The notes below the pieces were generated by a model, which saw only the letters and a program-made list of their open reading frames with translations, was not told the DNA's origin and did no database searches. DNA of 64,000 nucleotides, taken from Takakia lepidozioides (lineage: Eukaryota > Plantae > Bryophyta). Every line of letters begins with the position of its first letter. Within the stretch, counting starts at the first letter, position 1. The stretch is from positions 29,760,001 to 29,824,000 of the forward strand of contig CM060732.1 of the NCBI GenBank assembly GCA_030704615.1, written 5' to 3'. Positions 22,278-36,395 of the stretch are shown piece after piece. The position numbers were made by a program, and so were the translations under genes.

Positions 22278-25200
22278 AACTCAAACTCGTGCAAGATTAT
22301 AAACCATCTTGCTATTCTTCCGCTTATCAGAGGTTTGTTTACCAGGTATATCAGAGCCTGGTGATCCACATAGAACATAAACTTCTTGCCCAACAGGTAA
22401 TGCCTGAATTTCTTCACTGCATAGATCATTGCCAATGCTTCTCTTTCCGTTGTGCTATAGTTCCTTTCAGCACTTTTCATCAACCTGCTAGCATAGTACA
22501 TAGGTGAATCTATATTTCCTGTAACATTATGGGCTAACACCGCTCCCAACGCTTCTCCTGATGCATCGCAGTGAACATGAAACAGTACATGCCAGTGAGG
22601 GTTAATCAGCACAGGTGTAGTTGTTACTGACAGTGTAAGTTCCTCAAACGCCTGTTGACATTCAGCTGTCCAGGCAAACACTGCATCTTTCTTCAGTAGC
22701 TTGCTCAATGGTGCTGCATTTGTGCATACCTTTTGACAAATCTTGTAATAACTGGTTGCCCAAGGAACCTCCTTAGACTCTTAACATTCACTGGTGGTGG
22801 AGAGGCTTTAATGGCCTCTGTCTTCCTGGGATCCACAAGAAGTCCCCTCTTACACCAAAATGTGTCCCAGAAGCACCCCTGAGTTCACACAGAAAGTACA
22901 CTTCTCTGGATTCAGGCCCAGACCTCTATCCTGCATCTGGCCAGACATAACTCCAATTTATGCAAGTGCTATTTCTTAGAGCTGTACACACTGAAATCAT
23001 CCAAGACAACACATGCATGAAATCATCCAGATACCATGAAAAGATTCACTTATTACTCTCTGAAAGGTTGCTGGTGCATACAAAGTCCAAAGGGCATGAC
23101 TTTGTATGCATAAGCACCCCAGTCTGTGATGAAAGCCTGTCTTTTCTGATCTTCTTCTGCCACTGCACTTGATTTAAACCACTGAAACCATCCATGAATG
23201 AGTACATCATCATGGCCTGCCACAGTGTCAATACTGCTTCTGTGAATGGCAAAGGAAAGGATCTTTCTTCGTACAAGCATTCAGCTTCTTGAGTTCACAC
23301 ATACTCTTAGTTTACCATTCTTCTTGGGAACTATAACAATGGGTGACAACCAAGTTGTATACTCTATTGGGTATATAAACTTAGCCTCAGCCAACTTCTT
23401 GATCTCTTCTCCAACCTTCTGTGCGTAGTTGGGATTCATTCTGTACCTCGCCTGCTTGATTGGTACTGACCCTGGTTCCAGTTCAATCTTATGCTGACAG
23501 ACTTCAGGTGGTATCCTTTAAGATCCTCATAGCTCCAAGCAAATACATCTCTGTATTTGATGAACAAGCTTTTTAGCTTCTTCAAAGAATTCCGGCTCCA
23601 AATCAGCTCCTACTTTCACCATCCTCGGTTCCTCTTTAGTTCCCACATTCACTTCCCTCACCTGCTCATCAGCTGTGATTGTCCAACCAGTCACCACTTC
23701 ATCCTGTAAGCTCACAGTGGCTGGTTCCTCTAGGATTTCCATTTCTCCTTCTTTTTCTTCATAGAAATGTGATGGGTAACTGCTGGTTTCCTCTTCAGTT
23801 GGTGTTGCTGTCACTACACCACAGCAGATACCTCTTAAACAACTTAGGCTTTCCAGCCGCATCTCTGCAACCTGCTCCCACTCTGGGTGTGCAGCAAATA
23901 GGGTAGCTTCCTGCTCCTCATCCAGTCCTCCTTTCCAGTCATACTCTCTGACTCCTCGAGGTCTTCTTGTAGCAGGTAATCTACTAGATTTCTTTGTGGT
24001 AATTTGTATCTTGTGTATCCCATTATGCACGGTTAGTAACTGAGAATTCCAGTCATGGAATCCCTGGCCTGTTTCAGCCACGGACGTCCCAATAATAAGG
24101 AGTAAGCCTCCATGACTTCATCCATCTTCAACACAGTTACTGTGATCATAAAGATCATCTTCTGTATCTGTATCTTAACTCCTCTTATTAATCCCAATGG
24201 CTGTACACTTCTTTGATCTGCCATTGTTACTGTAAATGGGGCTGGTTTCATGTTACTTAGACCAAGCTTCTTCTTAATTGGTCTGTCATGATATTTACTC
24301 CAGAACCTCCATCTATCAGTACATCAGTTAGTTCTGTGCTTCCAATTCTCAATTGGATTACTGGCATAGAATCATCAAAGTCCATGACTGTTTCTCGCCC
24401 TTCCGGCTTCACATTATAACTGGTCACCTTGCTGTTCAGGTCTGTGTTTCCTGTCTCCTGGGCAATTCGATTGATTGCTTGATACAGCCTGTGCCTACAA
24501 TAAGGTGCCACAGCTAATAGCTGTCCAATGGTAATTCTGCTTTGGTTTGGCATATTACTTCAGCCAAAGTCTCTTCATTACTTTGCATGTCTGCATCTTC
24601 TTTCTTCCTTTCATCCTCACTCCCTTCTTCTTCTCCATCAGAATCAGAGGAATCTGCCACAGGAATATCAGTACTCTTCTGCATTTCCCTTATGGTATCT
24701 GCCACTTCTTTGTGCAGTTCCTTCTCATCTTCCAAGTCTCTTCATCTTCAGGCATATCATTGCCACCTTCATAATCTTCTTCTTCCTCTACTACTGGAGG
24801 TATTAGTTTGGCTTTACTATCATTGTACTTACTTCTGGTACAACACATGGCCTAACCATGTGAGCTGCCACCACTGGGCCCTCATTCACAGGAGCTCTCA
24901 TCTCATTCTGGTGTCTTATCCAGAATGAACAGGCTGCCTGCGATGTCCTGGCTGATTACAATAGTAACATAGTTCTTCACCATTGGGTCCTCGCCCTTGG
25001 TCTGTTCTTGGATTATTTCTATAATCCTGATTCCCGGGCTGGTAATTCCCCCTTGGATTACCCTGATAGTTGCCTCTGGAATTTCCTTGGTAATTCCTCT
25101 TGAATTACCTCTCCCTTCCATGCCATTGTTATAACCACCAGACCTACCATAGTGGTCCTGATCATTGTTTCTTCTTGGCTGGGGCTGCACCTGATGCACC

Positions 25201-27182
25201 CTTACTTGCCTAGGTTCTCTTGCAGCTGTCCTTCTGTTGTAGTAACAATTCTCAGTAGAATGGTTATCCATTTTACAGATAGTACAGTGTTTCTCCTTCA
25301 TGTGGCATTCTGTGGTGGTATGGCCTTCATTCTGGCACTTTGCACACCATACACCCTTCCTCCAATGTGTTGCAGCCTCTGTGGCATACTTCTTCAAGAT
25401 TTCTTCCAATTTTTTTTCATAGTTATCCCTCTTCAACTTCTCCTTTCTCTTACTCTTCTTTTTAGTTCTTGCTCTTCTTCTTCATCTGACTCATCCTCAG
25501 AGTCCTCATCATCCCTTTTCTCTCTCCTGAGCATTCCCAATTGCTCAATTCTGTTTGCAGTTTCAAATGCCTCCTCCACTGTATTATGGGGTAACATATC
25601 CACTTCTTTGCAACTCTGGTCTTAGTCCACTCACAAACCAAGTCTTCTGTAAACCTGGTGCTGGTACTGCAGCCAGCTTTTTCATCATCAATTCCATCTT
25701 TTCCATATACTCTTCAACAGTTTCATGCTTCTGTTGCTTTAACTGTTGTAAACTTCCATACACTTCATCTTCAGTTTTACTTGTCCTGAACCTATTTCGA
25801 AATGTTGTATTCAAGCCATTCCAGGTTAGGGAATGATTATCAGGGAATCTTGCATACCATTCACTTGCTTTCTTGATAAGTGAACAAGGAAACAATCTCA
25901 TCTTGGCATCATCGCCATTCTCATTGTTCACTATACACATGTGTTCAAATTGGCTAATGTGTACATCGGGATCCCCTTTTCCTGAATATATTGGAAAGGG
26001 TGGTTTTGCCCGTGTTGGTTGTAACGCCATCTGTGGCCCTACTTTCTGCCCACTGATAGGTGCTGGCACCCTTGCTGGTGCTGGTCCTTCTGGACCTGTT
26101 GTTGTTGTGGTGGATCTTCCACCAAGTGGTGGCCCTTGAGCACTCCCTGCTTGCGGCCCCACGATATTTACAGTATTCCCAGCTTCAGTTGCACTACTTC
26201 CCACACTCCCTGTCCCCCCAGAGCCAGATCCAAGCAGCCCGCCTGATCCCCTGAGCCGACACCCTCGTTGGCCTGTGATCCAAGTGCTCCACTTGATCCA
26301 GGTCCAACGGGTTGGGATGTCTTGGTTGTAGTCTCAACCTCAGCTGTTGGGTCTACTTCTTCATATTCTTCCTCTTCCAAGCATTCATGTTAGTTACCTT
26401 ACCATTGATAATTAAGTATCAGTTTGCTTCATCAATCTATCGGATTCCATCAACTCATCAATTCATTCCACAGCTTCACTCAGATCTCTCTACACAGTGT
26501 GATTGTATCGTATAAGTATCAGATTATGATTTATCAGGTATCAGGCCGAAACCATTGTGTCTCTAATCTGCTCTACAATATCACTACAGCTTTGCATATA
26601 ACAATCATCTACTAATCATCTTTCCTCCTTCACCGTGCTCTCCATCTTTGCTTCCGATCTTGCTCTCCGCCCGATCTCCTCTCATGCATGACCAAGAAGT
26701 CCTCCCCCCGTCAAGTGCTTCCATCAAATCCCCCTTCTCCGTCCTTGCTTCTCCCTTTATCTTCCTACCCGTGGCTCTAACCGTTTCCCTCACTAACCGT
26801 CGTCCGTGAACTAACATGTTCCATTTGCAGGTGTTGTTCCCCACAGTCGTTCCTGTCCTGCTCTCCGTTCCCTATGATCGTGACAGTTGTGTCAAGCTGT
26901 GACTGGCTGTGTGAATGTGACGGCTGTATCGGGCTGTGACTGGCTGTGTGGCTGTGTCGGCTATGACGGGCTGTGCTGACTGTGTCTGGCTGTGTCGGCT
27001 GTGACGATTGTGACGGGCTGTGTTGGCTGTGACGACTGTGACGACTGTGACGGGCTGTGTAACCCCCCTCTACAGTGCGCTGCTGTCACCCCTAAGGCTC
27101 CTGTTGGTCTCAGTCTGTGCAAAAATTAAGGGTACCCTACAGATCCCGTATAAGTGTCTAAGTCCCAGACAGTCCTCTAACA
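22278..27182 (-). mobile_element. Ty3/gypsy copy 2 (partial 5' LTR fused to gag by deletion; gag-PR-RT-RNaseH, broken off in RNaseH)
   Basis: LTR end cctctaaca at 27182 with flank ACATT. A deletion junction at about 26378 removes U5, PBS and the extra ORF. RNaseH CDASG...NYSTTEREALA; many indels. Confidence 0.9.
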
Positions 27183-27700
27183 ACATTAGTCCCGCCATTC
27201 TACCTCTTCTCCTCTCAGGGCTTTGAGTATTCTTCTGTGAAGATATGCTCAAATACTGTTGGTTCTGTTTCATGGCAAACAGAACGTTCAATACCTGGCC
27301 TAACTCCCTTAGCCCTGGGTACACGGCCTTGGTACAAGCATAACCCTGAGTTTTAAATAAACTCCTTCTTGGAATAAGTCCCCTATTTGCACTCTTGCCC
27401 TGTGCTCCTCCACATGCACCTGACCTGCTGGCAATCGAAACAATTGCTGTAGGTATAGGGGAGTAATTACTAATTCAACTCCCTTCACCGTTGTTGCTCC
27501 TGTCTTTGGCTCAAAGTTCTGCAAGAATTGTAACATGTACTGTCTATGGTGCAATGTCCAATCTTTGCTTTGCAATCCTTCCAATCGCAGCTCCTTCAGT
27601 AACTTTACCGCCTGTGGAGTAGCAATCGTTTCTTTCTGCAGGATTGTGGTGCTCTTCACCCTGATTTCTTCCATTCCTCTCACTCTCTTCATTCTAGACC
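27183..27700 (-). pseudogene. Extra sense ORF downstream of integrase (plant-mobile-domain / Athila 3'-ORF-like), cut by LTR insertion
   Basis: MLQFLQNFEPKTGATTVKGVELVITPLYLQQLFRLP fits the EFYxN...V.G..I.(F/I)T...I...LGLP pattern of plant retroelement accessory proteins. Confidence 0.5.
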
Positions 27701-28399
27701 CACAGAAATGTTTTGGCTGTAACAATTGAAGAATGCTGCAGGGCACAAAGCATAAACGTATGGTTGCCACAAAAAGCTACGGGTAATTCTTGTAAGCCTG
27801 CGGGGCTTGCAAGCATCGATCAAGAGAAAAGATCCGCTCTGTTCTTTTCGTCCCTATGCCACTGCGTAAGTAATATTGCGAGCGTATAGTCTGTTAGTTC
27901 CTCCATAGCTTCAAAGCTATAGCATTGATGGTTTGTCCCGTCGAGACGCCCGTTACTTAGAACGACGCCGACTCTTGCGCTTAAATTCCCTCCAATTTCT
28001 TGATCCCTTTTCTGGCTTTCGATTGGCTGTAACCGCTGTGACTGGATTTTAGATTTAATTTTCTTTAGTGGACTTTCCCTGCTGGACTGTCCACCAGGAT
28101 AACACATGTGACAAGAATTTCGCTTTTTTGTACTTGTTGTTTGTTCTGTTGCCCCTTTTTCCGTATTCATTAATGGGCCCGCCATTCATTCCCGAATTGA
28201 CGTGCTAATTAGGTATTTTGACTGCCATTCTTGTCCTCTTTCTTGATGACATCTGTTCTTGCACTTCATTCTCAGCTGTGTGGTTGCGCCTGACTTCCAC
28301 GTGTCCCTTTCTAAACTAGCTTCCGTCCTTTCTTCCGCCGGCCATTTCCCTGAAGTTATCCTGCGTCCACTGTCACTGATTCTATGGATTGTGTAACCC

Positions 28400-28700
28400 T
28401 AGTAGGCTGTGTTAAGCTGTGACAGGTTGTGTCATACTGTGGTACGCCGTGATAGGCTGTGATACACTGTGTAAGCTGTGATAGGCGGTGACAGCTGTGC
28501 TGTGGGTTGTGATATGCTGTGTCGCGCCTTGATGGTCTGTGATAGGCTGTGTCAGGCACTGTGGTAAGCTGGGCGGTGACACGCTGTGGTATATGGCTGT
28601 GTCGCGCTTGATGGCTGTGATAGGCTGTGTCACGTCGTGATGGGCTGTGATAATGGCTGTGATAGGCTGTGTTGCGTGATGGGCTGTGATAGGCTGCGCT
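28400..28700. repeat. GATAGGCTGTG-type minisatellite in the 3' region of copy 3
   Basis: Repeated ggctgtg/gataggctgt, the same motif class as the LTR minisatellite. Confidence 0.75.
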
Positions 28701-31700
28701 TGTTCTGCCCTGGTCATATATGCTCGGCCTAGCGACAAGTGCTCCATACTCCGTTGGTAACACTGGCGCAGCCCGTGACTGCTTTTGCGTTTCAACATGC
28801 AAATCATGCTGCAATGGTTTGTCATGGATACCACTGTACCCCTTCAACTTATTGGCATTGACTCTTCCCAGCATCTCTTTGTTAATGGTTTGTAACATGG
28901 CGGTGTTGTTATCATACATCTTTTGTATGACATAAGGTCCTTTCCATGGTGATTTAAGCTTAGAAGCTTTAATCTTTCCCTTCTTCTGCAACCATAGAAC
29001 CAAATCTCCCGTCTTAAAAGTCTTTAACTTGCCTTCATCAAACTGTTCTTTCTTCTTCATCTGAATTCTGGTCATATTATCAGCTGCATCAGCACGTACT
29101 TCTTCCACATGGTATAATTCATGTTTCCTGACCTTAATGGAATCTTGCAATTCCATTCTCTTTCCCCATTCCGTTCTCATGGTAGGTAACAGGAATTCCA
29201 CTGAAGTAAGCTTCCATACCATAAACTAATTGGAATGGTGTATACTTAGTGGTGACTTTATATGAAGTCCTGTATGACCACAAAGCTGTCAGCAGCTTTG
29301 TATCCCAATCCGTTCTGTTTGCATTGACTATCTTAGCCAAGATAGTACATAGTATTTTGTTGGTAGCCTCTGCCTGCCCATTACCTTGTGGGTAATATGT
29401 TGTACTCTTCCTATGCACAATCATGAACTCTTTAGTCAATAATTCAATGGTCTCATTAATGAAGTGACTTCCCTGATCACTGATAAATTCCAAGGGACAG
29501 CCAAATCGTGTAAGTATGTTCTCATACAGGAACCTTGCTGTGGACTTGGCTGTGTTGTCCCTCAAAGCTTTAGCTTCCACCACTTCGTAGTATAATCAGT
29601 GGCTGTAATTATGTACCTGTTCTGTGTATTCTTGGCTGGTGGGTTAATTGGTCCAACAAAGTCTAGTCCCCATTTCTGAAATGGTTCCGTAGGCATTGTA
29701 GGATGCAAAGCCATCTTCCCAGATCTCTGCAAAGGTCCTAGCCTCTGACATTCATCACAACTCTGACAATACTTGTGTACATCTTTGAACAAAGTAGGCC
29801 ACCAGTAACCTGCATGTAGTATTTCCTACTGGTAGTCTCTTCTCCAAAATGACCTCCTGCCACTCCTTTATGAACTTCCTCCAAAACTTTATTAACTTCA
29901 TGGTGGTATAAGCATCGCTTCAGCACTCCATCTGGTCCTAGCTTATACATTCTGCTCCTACCATAGTGTAAGGTAGAGCCTTGATAGCAATTCTCTTTCT
30001 CTGCTCCTTTCCATAACTTGGTGGGCACTGACCATGAGCAAGGTAGTATCTGATTGGCCACTGCCAATCTAACCAGTCATCTGCACTTCCCTGCACCTCC
30101 ACTGCAAATAGACTCGCATCTGGTAATTGATCATCTACTCCTGTGGCTGGTTCTCCTGTTGATAACCGTGACAAGTGATCCGCCACAAGATGCAGCCTCC
30201 CAGGCTTGTAAACAACCTCGAACTCAAACTCGTGCAAGATTATCAACCATCTTGCTATTCTTCCCTTATCAGAGGTTTGTTTACCAGGTATATCAGAGCC
30301 TGGTGATCCACATAGAACATAAACTTCTTGCCCAACAGGTAATGCCTGAATTTCTTCACTGCATAGATCATTGCCAATGCTTCTCTTTCCGTTGTGCTAT
30401 AATTTCTTTCGGCTTGTTCATCAATCGGCTAGCATAGTACACAGGTGAATCTATCCTTCCTGTAACATTTTGGGCTAACACTGCTCCTAGTGGCATCACA
30501 GTGAACATGAAATATTTCCTGCCAGTGAGGATTAATCAGCACAGGTGTAGTTTTACTGACAATGTAAGTTCCTCAAAAGCCTGTTGACATTCAGGTGTCC
30601 ATGCAAACACTGCATCTTTCTTCAGAAGTTTGCTCAATGGTGCTGCTATCTGTGCATACCGTCTGACAAAATCTTCTGTAATAGCTGGTTTGTCCAAGGA
30701 ATCTCCTTAGACTCTTAACATTCACTGGTGGTGGAGAGGCTTTAATGGCCTCTGTTTTCCTGGGATCCACAAGAAGTCCCCTCTTACACACAATGTGTCC
30801 CAGAAGCACCCCTGAGTTCACACAGAAAGTACACTTCTCTGGATTCAGGCCCAGACCTCTCATCCTGCATCTGGCCAGACATAACTCCAATTTATGCAAG
30901 TGCTCATTCTTAGAGCTGTACACACTGAAATCATCCAAGAACACCTGCATGAAATCATCCAGATACTCATGAAAAGATTCACTTATCACTCTCTGAAAGG
31001 TTGCTGGTGCATTACAAAGTCCAAAGGGCATGACTTTGTATGCATAAGCACCCCAGTCTGTGATGAAAGCTGTCTTTCCTTGGTCTTCTTCTGCCACTTG
31101 CACTTGATTATAACCACTGAAGCCATCCATGAATGAGTACATCTCATGGCCTGCCACAGTGTCCAATACTGCTTCTGTGAATGGCAAAGGGAAAGGATCT
31201 TTCTTCGTACAAGCATTCAGCTTCTTGTAGTTCACACAAACTCTTAGTTTACCATTCTTCTTGGGAACTATCACAATGGGTGACAACCAAGTTGTATACT
31301 CTATTGGGTATATAAACTTAGCCTCAGCCAACTTCTTGATCTCTTCTCCAACCTTCTGTGCGTAGTTGGGATTCATTCTGTACCTTGCCTGCTTGATTGG
31401 TACTGACCCTGGTTCCAGTTCAATCTTATGCTGACAGATTTCAGGTGGTATCCCTTTTAGATCCTCATAGCTCCAAGCAAATACATCTCTGTATTTGATG
31501 AACAAACTCTTAGCTTCTTCAAAGAATTCTGGCTCCAAATCAGCTCCTACCTTCACCATCCTCGGTTCCTCTTTAGTTCCCACATTCACTTCCCTCACTT
31601 GCTCATCAGCTGTGATTGTCCAACCAGTCACCACTTCATCCTGTAAACTCACAGGCTGGTTCCTCTAGGATTTCCATTTCTCCTTCTCTTCTCTTCATAG

Positions 31701-34700
31701 AAATGTGATGGGTAACTGCTGGTTTCCTCTTCAATTGGTGTTGCTGACACTACACCACAGCAGATACCTCTTAAACAACTTAGGCTTTCCAGCCCGCATC
31801 TCTGCAACCTGCTCCCACTCTGGGTGTGCAGCAAACAGGGTAGCTTCCTGCTCCTCATCCAGTCCTCCTCTCCAGTCATACTCTCTGACCCTCGAGGTCT
31901 TCTCGTAGCAGGTAATCTACTAGATTTCTTTGTGGTAATTTGTATCTCGTGTATCCCATTATGCACGGTTAGTAACTGAGAATTCCAGTCATGGAATACC
32001 CTGGCCTGTTTCAGCCACGGACGTCCCAATAATAAGGAGTAAGCCTCCATGACTTCATCCATCTTCAACACAGTTACTGTGATCATAAAGATCATCTTCT
32101 GTATCTGTATCTTAACTCCTCTTATTAATCCCAATGGCTGTACACTTCTTTGATCTGCCATTGTTACTGTAAATGGGGCTGGTTTCATTACTTAGACCAA
32201 GCTTCTTCCTTAATTGGTCTGTCATGATATTTACTCCAGAACCTCCATCTATCAGTACATCAGTTAGTTCTGTGCTTCCAATTCTCAATTGGATTACTGG
32301 CATAGAATCATCAAAGTCCATGACTGTTTCTCGCCCTTCCGGCTTCACATTATAACTGGTCACCTTGCTGTTCAGGTCTGTGTTCCTGTCTCCTGGGCAA
32401 TTCGATTGATTGCTTGATACAGCCTGTGTCTACAATAAGGTGCCACAGCCAATAGCTGTCCAATGGTAATCTCTGCTTTGGTCTGGCATATTACTTCAGC
32501 CAAAGTCCCTTCATTACTTTGCATGTCTGCATCTTCTTTCTTTTCATCCTCACTCACTTCTTCTTCTTCTCCATCAGAATCAGAGGAATCTGCCAGGAAT
32601 ATCAGTACTCTTCTGCATTTTCCCTTATGGTATCTGCCACTTCCTTGTGCAGTTCCTTCTCATCTCTCAAGCCTCATCATCTTCAGGCATATCATGCCAC
32701 CTTCATTATCATCTCTTCCTCAACTACTGGAGGTATTAGTTTGGCTTTGCTTCTTGTTACTATCATTGTACTTACTTCTGGTACAACACATGGCCTAACC
32801 ATGTGAGCTGCCACCACTGGGCCCTCATTCACAGGAGCTCTCATCTCATTCTGGTGTCTAATCCAGAATGAACAGGCTGCCTTGCGATGTCCTGGCTGAT
32901 TACAATAGTAACATAGTTCTTCACCATTGGGTCCTCGCCCTTGGTCTGCTCTTGGATTATTTCTGTAATCCTGATTCCCGGGCTGGTAATTCCCCCTTGG
33001 ATTACCCTGATAGTTGCCTCTGGAATTTCCTTGGTAATTCCCTCTTGAATTACCTCTCTCCCTTCCATGCCATTGTTATAACCACCAGACCTACCATAGT
33101 GGTCCTGATCATTGTTTCTTCTTGGCTGGGGCTGCACCTGATGCACCCTTACTTGCCTAGGTTCTCTTGCAGCTGTCCTTCTGTTGTAGTAACAATTCTC
33201 AGTAGAATGGTTATCCATTTTACAGATAGTACAGTGTTTCTCCTTCATGTGGCATTCTGTGGTGGTATGGCCTTCATTCTGGCACTTTGCACACCATACA
33301 CCCTTCCTCCAATGTGTTGCAGCCATAAGATTTCTTCTAATCTTTTCTCATAGTTTATCCCTCTTCAACTTCTCCTTTCTCTTACTCTTCCTTTTGTTCT
33401 TGCTCTTCTTCTTCATCTGACTCATCCTCAGAGTCCTCATCATCCTTTTCTCTCTCCTGAGCATTCCCAATTGCTCAATTCTGTTTGCAGTTTCAATGCC
33501 TCCTCCACTGTATTATGGGGTAACATATCCACTTTCTTTTGCAACTCTGGTCTTAGTCCACTCACAAACCAAGTCTTCTGTAAACCTGGTGCTGGTACTG
33601 CAGCCAGCTTTTTCATCATCAATTCCATCTTTTCCATATACTCCTCAACAGTTTCATGCTTCTTTTGCTTTAACTGTTGTAAACTTCCATACACTTCATC
33701 CTCAGTTTTACTTGTCCTGAACCTATTTCGGAATGTGTATTCAGCCATTCCAGGTTAGGAAATGATTATCAGGGAATCTTGCATACCATTCACTTGCTTT
33801 CTTGATAAGTGAACAAGGAAACAATCTCATCTTGGCATCATCGCCATTCTCATTGTTCACTATACACATGTGCTCAAATTGGCTAATGTGTACATCGGGA
33901 TCCCCTTTTCCTGAATATATTGGAAAAGGTGGTTTTGCCCGTGTTGGTTGTAACGCCATCTGTGGCCCTACCTTCTGCCCACTGACAGGTGCTGGCACCC
34001 TTGCTGGTGCTGGTCCTTCAGGACCTGTTGTTGTTGTGGTGGATCTTCCACCAAGTGGTGGCCCTTGAGCACTCCCTGCTACTGGCCCCACGATATTCAC
34101 AGTATTCCCAGCTTCAGTTGCACTACTTCCCACACTCCCTGTCCCCCCAGAGCCAGATCCAGGCAGCCCGCCTGATCCCCCTGAGCCGACACCTTCGTTG
34201 GCCTGTGATCCAAGTGCTCCACTTGATCCAGGTCCAACGGGTTGGGATGTCCTGGTTGTAGTCTCAACCTCAGCTGTTGGGTCTACTTCTTCATATTCTC
34301 TTCCAATTTCTTCTCTCTGTTTTCATCCTCCAAGTTCTGCCCTTGGGTTTCTTCTTCACTCATGTAACTCAACTGCAATGGTGTTGGAGAGTCTGAACTC
34401 TCCGTTGGCTCTGCCACATCCTCTCCTCCTTCTTCACCTTCCGCTTCAGAAACTGGAGTTCCTGCTTTTGGTGTTCCATGCCAACTCTTATCAAAGATTT
34501 CTGTCAAATCTTTTATCCAGGGATGTACCTCAGATCTTTCACGTGATTGATCTTCTTCCCGTACCAATTCCCTTAATCTTTCTTGCAAAGAAAAAGAAGG
34601 AGTGGCATCCAACTCTAGTTCTTCCGGTATGGGTGATGTACTCTCTGATCTTAATGGTGTGAGAGGTCCAGATGATTCCCCTATGTCTATTCCTCTCTCC

Positions 34701-36377
34701 CAAGATATGGATAATTAGCTTTCAGATAGCTTTCTCTTTTTGCTGAATATCTCTCTGGCGTCTAGCTTCTCTTTCATCACTCATGTCCCATGTCTTTCAT
34801 TTCTTTTAATGTGGCAATAACCAAAACTCTCTTCTGTAATATCTCTCGTATATGCCTGGGTTTCTTTCAGCTTCAATGCACCCTTGGCTATACTAGAAGT
34901 CTCCGTTACCATATAACCATATGGCAAACAAGTCTGGAAAGCTGTTCTTGGTGTGAGTTTGATCCACAAAATATCCTTTGGAATCCAATTCTTTACCAGT
35001 ACAAGCTCTTCATGCATATGAGTATAACATTCACCTTTCTTTCCTCCCAGCCTTCAAACTCTACTCTCGCTTAATGGATAGCAATGCTATCACATAAACC
35101 AATGTTGGTAACCAACGTGCTCTTCCTCTACAGGCCACCTGATAAATCTTTATCACTCCTTTCTCCCAGACCCCATTCAGGGTCAGCATCATGCACTCTC
35201 TTAAGAATGTTTTCTTTACAACCGTCTGGCAATTCCAAGAACCTCTGAAAGAATCGTTTGGACAATCTTTCCTTCTCAGTTTCACAAGGAATTTGATTCA
35301 CATCAAATTCTTTAATTCTCCAACCACCATGATCCCACCAGATGCCTGTCACATCTGGTTGTTCATGACCCAGTTCCCCAGTATGGTCGCCAAATGTCGC
35401 GCGGCTTTTACTCACCCATCCCTTCGCTATCCGAGGCGGAAACTCCAAGATAGAAGAGTTGGAAATCTCTAAGTACTCAGCCCGCTCAGAACAATCAGTC
35501 ATGACCTACAGCTAGTGTATCATGGGGGTGTTTCCTATTTGTTTTCCTTCCGCATTCATGTTAGCTAGTTACCTTACTTTGGTAATTAAGTATCAGTTTG
35601 CTTCAGCAATCTATCGGATTCCATCAACTCATCCATTCATTCCACAGCTTCACTCAGATCTCTCTACACAGTGTGAGTATGAAGTATGTATCAGATTAAT
35701 ATCTATCAGTATCAGGCTGAAGCCATGGAGTCTCTAATCTGCTCTACATTACAACTCTAGCTTGCATTCATTAAGCATCAATAGATCTCCTCCTCCTACT
35801 CTGTGCTCTCCCTCCTTCCGCTCAGATCGCTCTCTCTCCTCTTTCCTCCCGTGATGAAGTCCCCCCCCAAAGTGATCCTTCCCGATTCCCCGTTCCGTCC
35901 TCGCTCCCTTTATCTTCCTACCCGTTGTTCTAACCGTTTCCCTCACTAACCGTCATCCGTGAACTAACATGTTCCATTCGCATGTTGTTCCCCACAGTCG
36001 TTCCCTGTCCTCTTCCGTTCCCTATCGTGACAGCTGTGTCAAGCTGTGACTGGCTGTACGACTGTGTTGGGCTGTCGACTGTGTCGGGCTGTGACTGGCT
36101 GTGACGGCTGTGTCTGGCTGTGTCTGGCTGTGTCGGCTGTGTCGACTGTGACGGGCTGTGTTGGCTGTGACGGGCTGTGTCGGACTGTGACGAGCTTGTT
36201 GGCTGTGACGGGCTGTGTGTGAGCTGTGTTGGCTGTGACGGGCTTGTAACCCCCCTCTAAGTGCGTTATCACCCTAAGGCTCCTGTTGGTCTCAGTCTGT
36301 GCAAAATTTAAGGGTACCCCACAGATCCCGTATAAGTGTCTAAGTCCCGACAGTCCTCTAACATGACACGACTTTTT

Positions 36378-36395
36378 GAGAGGAGGAGGGATAAA
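36378..36395 (+). promoter_or_regulatory. Polypurine tract GAGAGGAGGAGGGATAAA
   Basis: Purine run immediately before the TGTTAGAGG start of the plus-strand LTR. Confidence 0.8.

Larger units (their letters stand above)
27183..36363 (-). mobile_element. Ty3/gypsy copy 3 (5' LTR 35395-36363, extra ORF, gag-PR-RT-RH-INT, 3' extra ORF; 3' LTR not in window)
   Basis: RT VFLDDF; integrase HKGVAGGH/CDECQR/GLDFVGP/SDQGSHF/GQAEATN/WKGPY; outer flank TGACA. Confidence 0.92.

Noticed and set aside
27183-27770. Retroviral env gene
   Set aside because: No signal peptide or transmembrane segment in the visible part.
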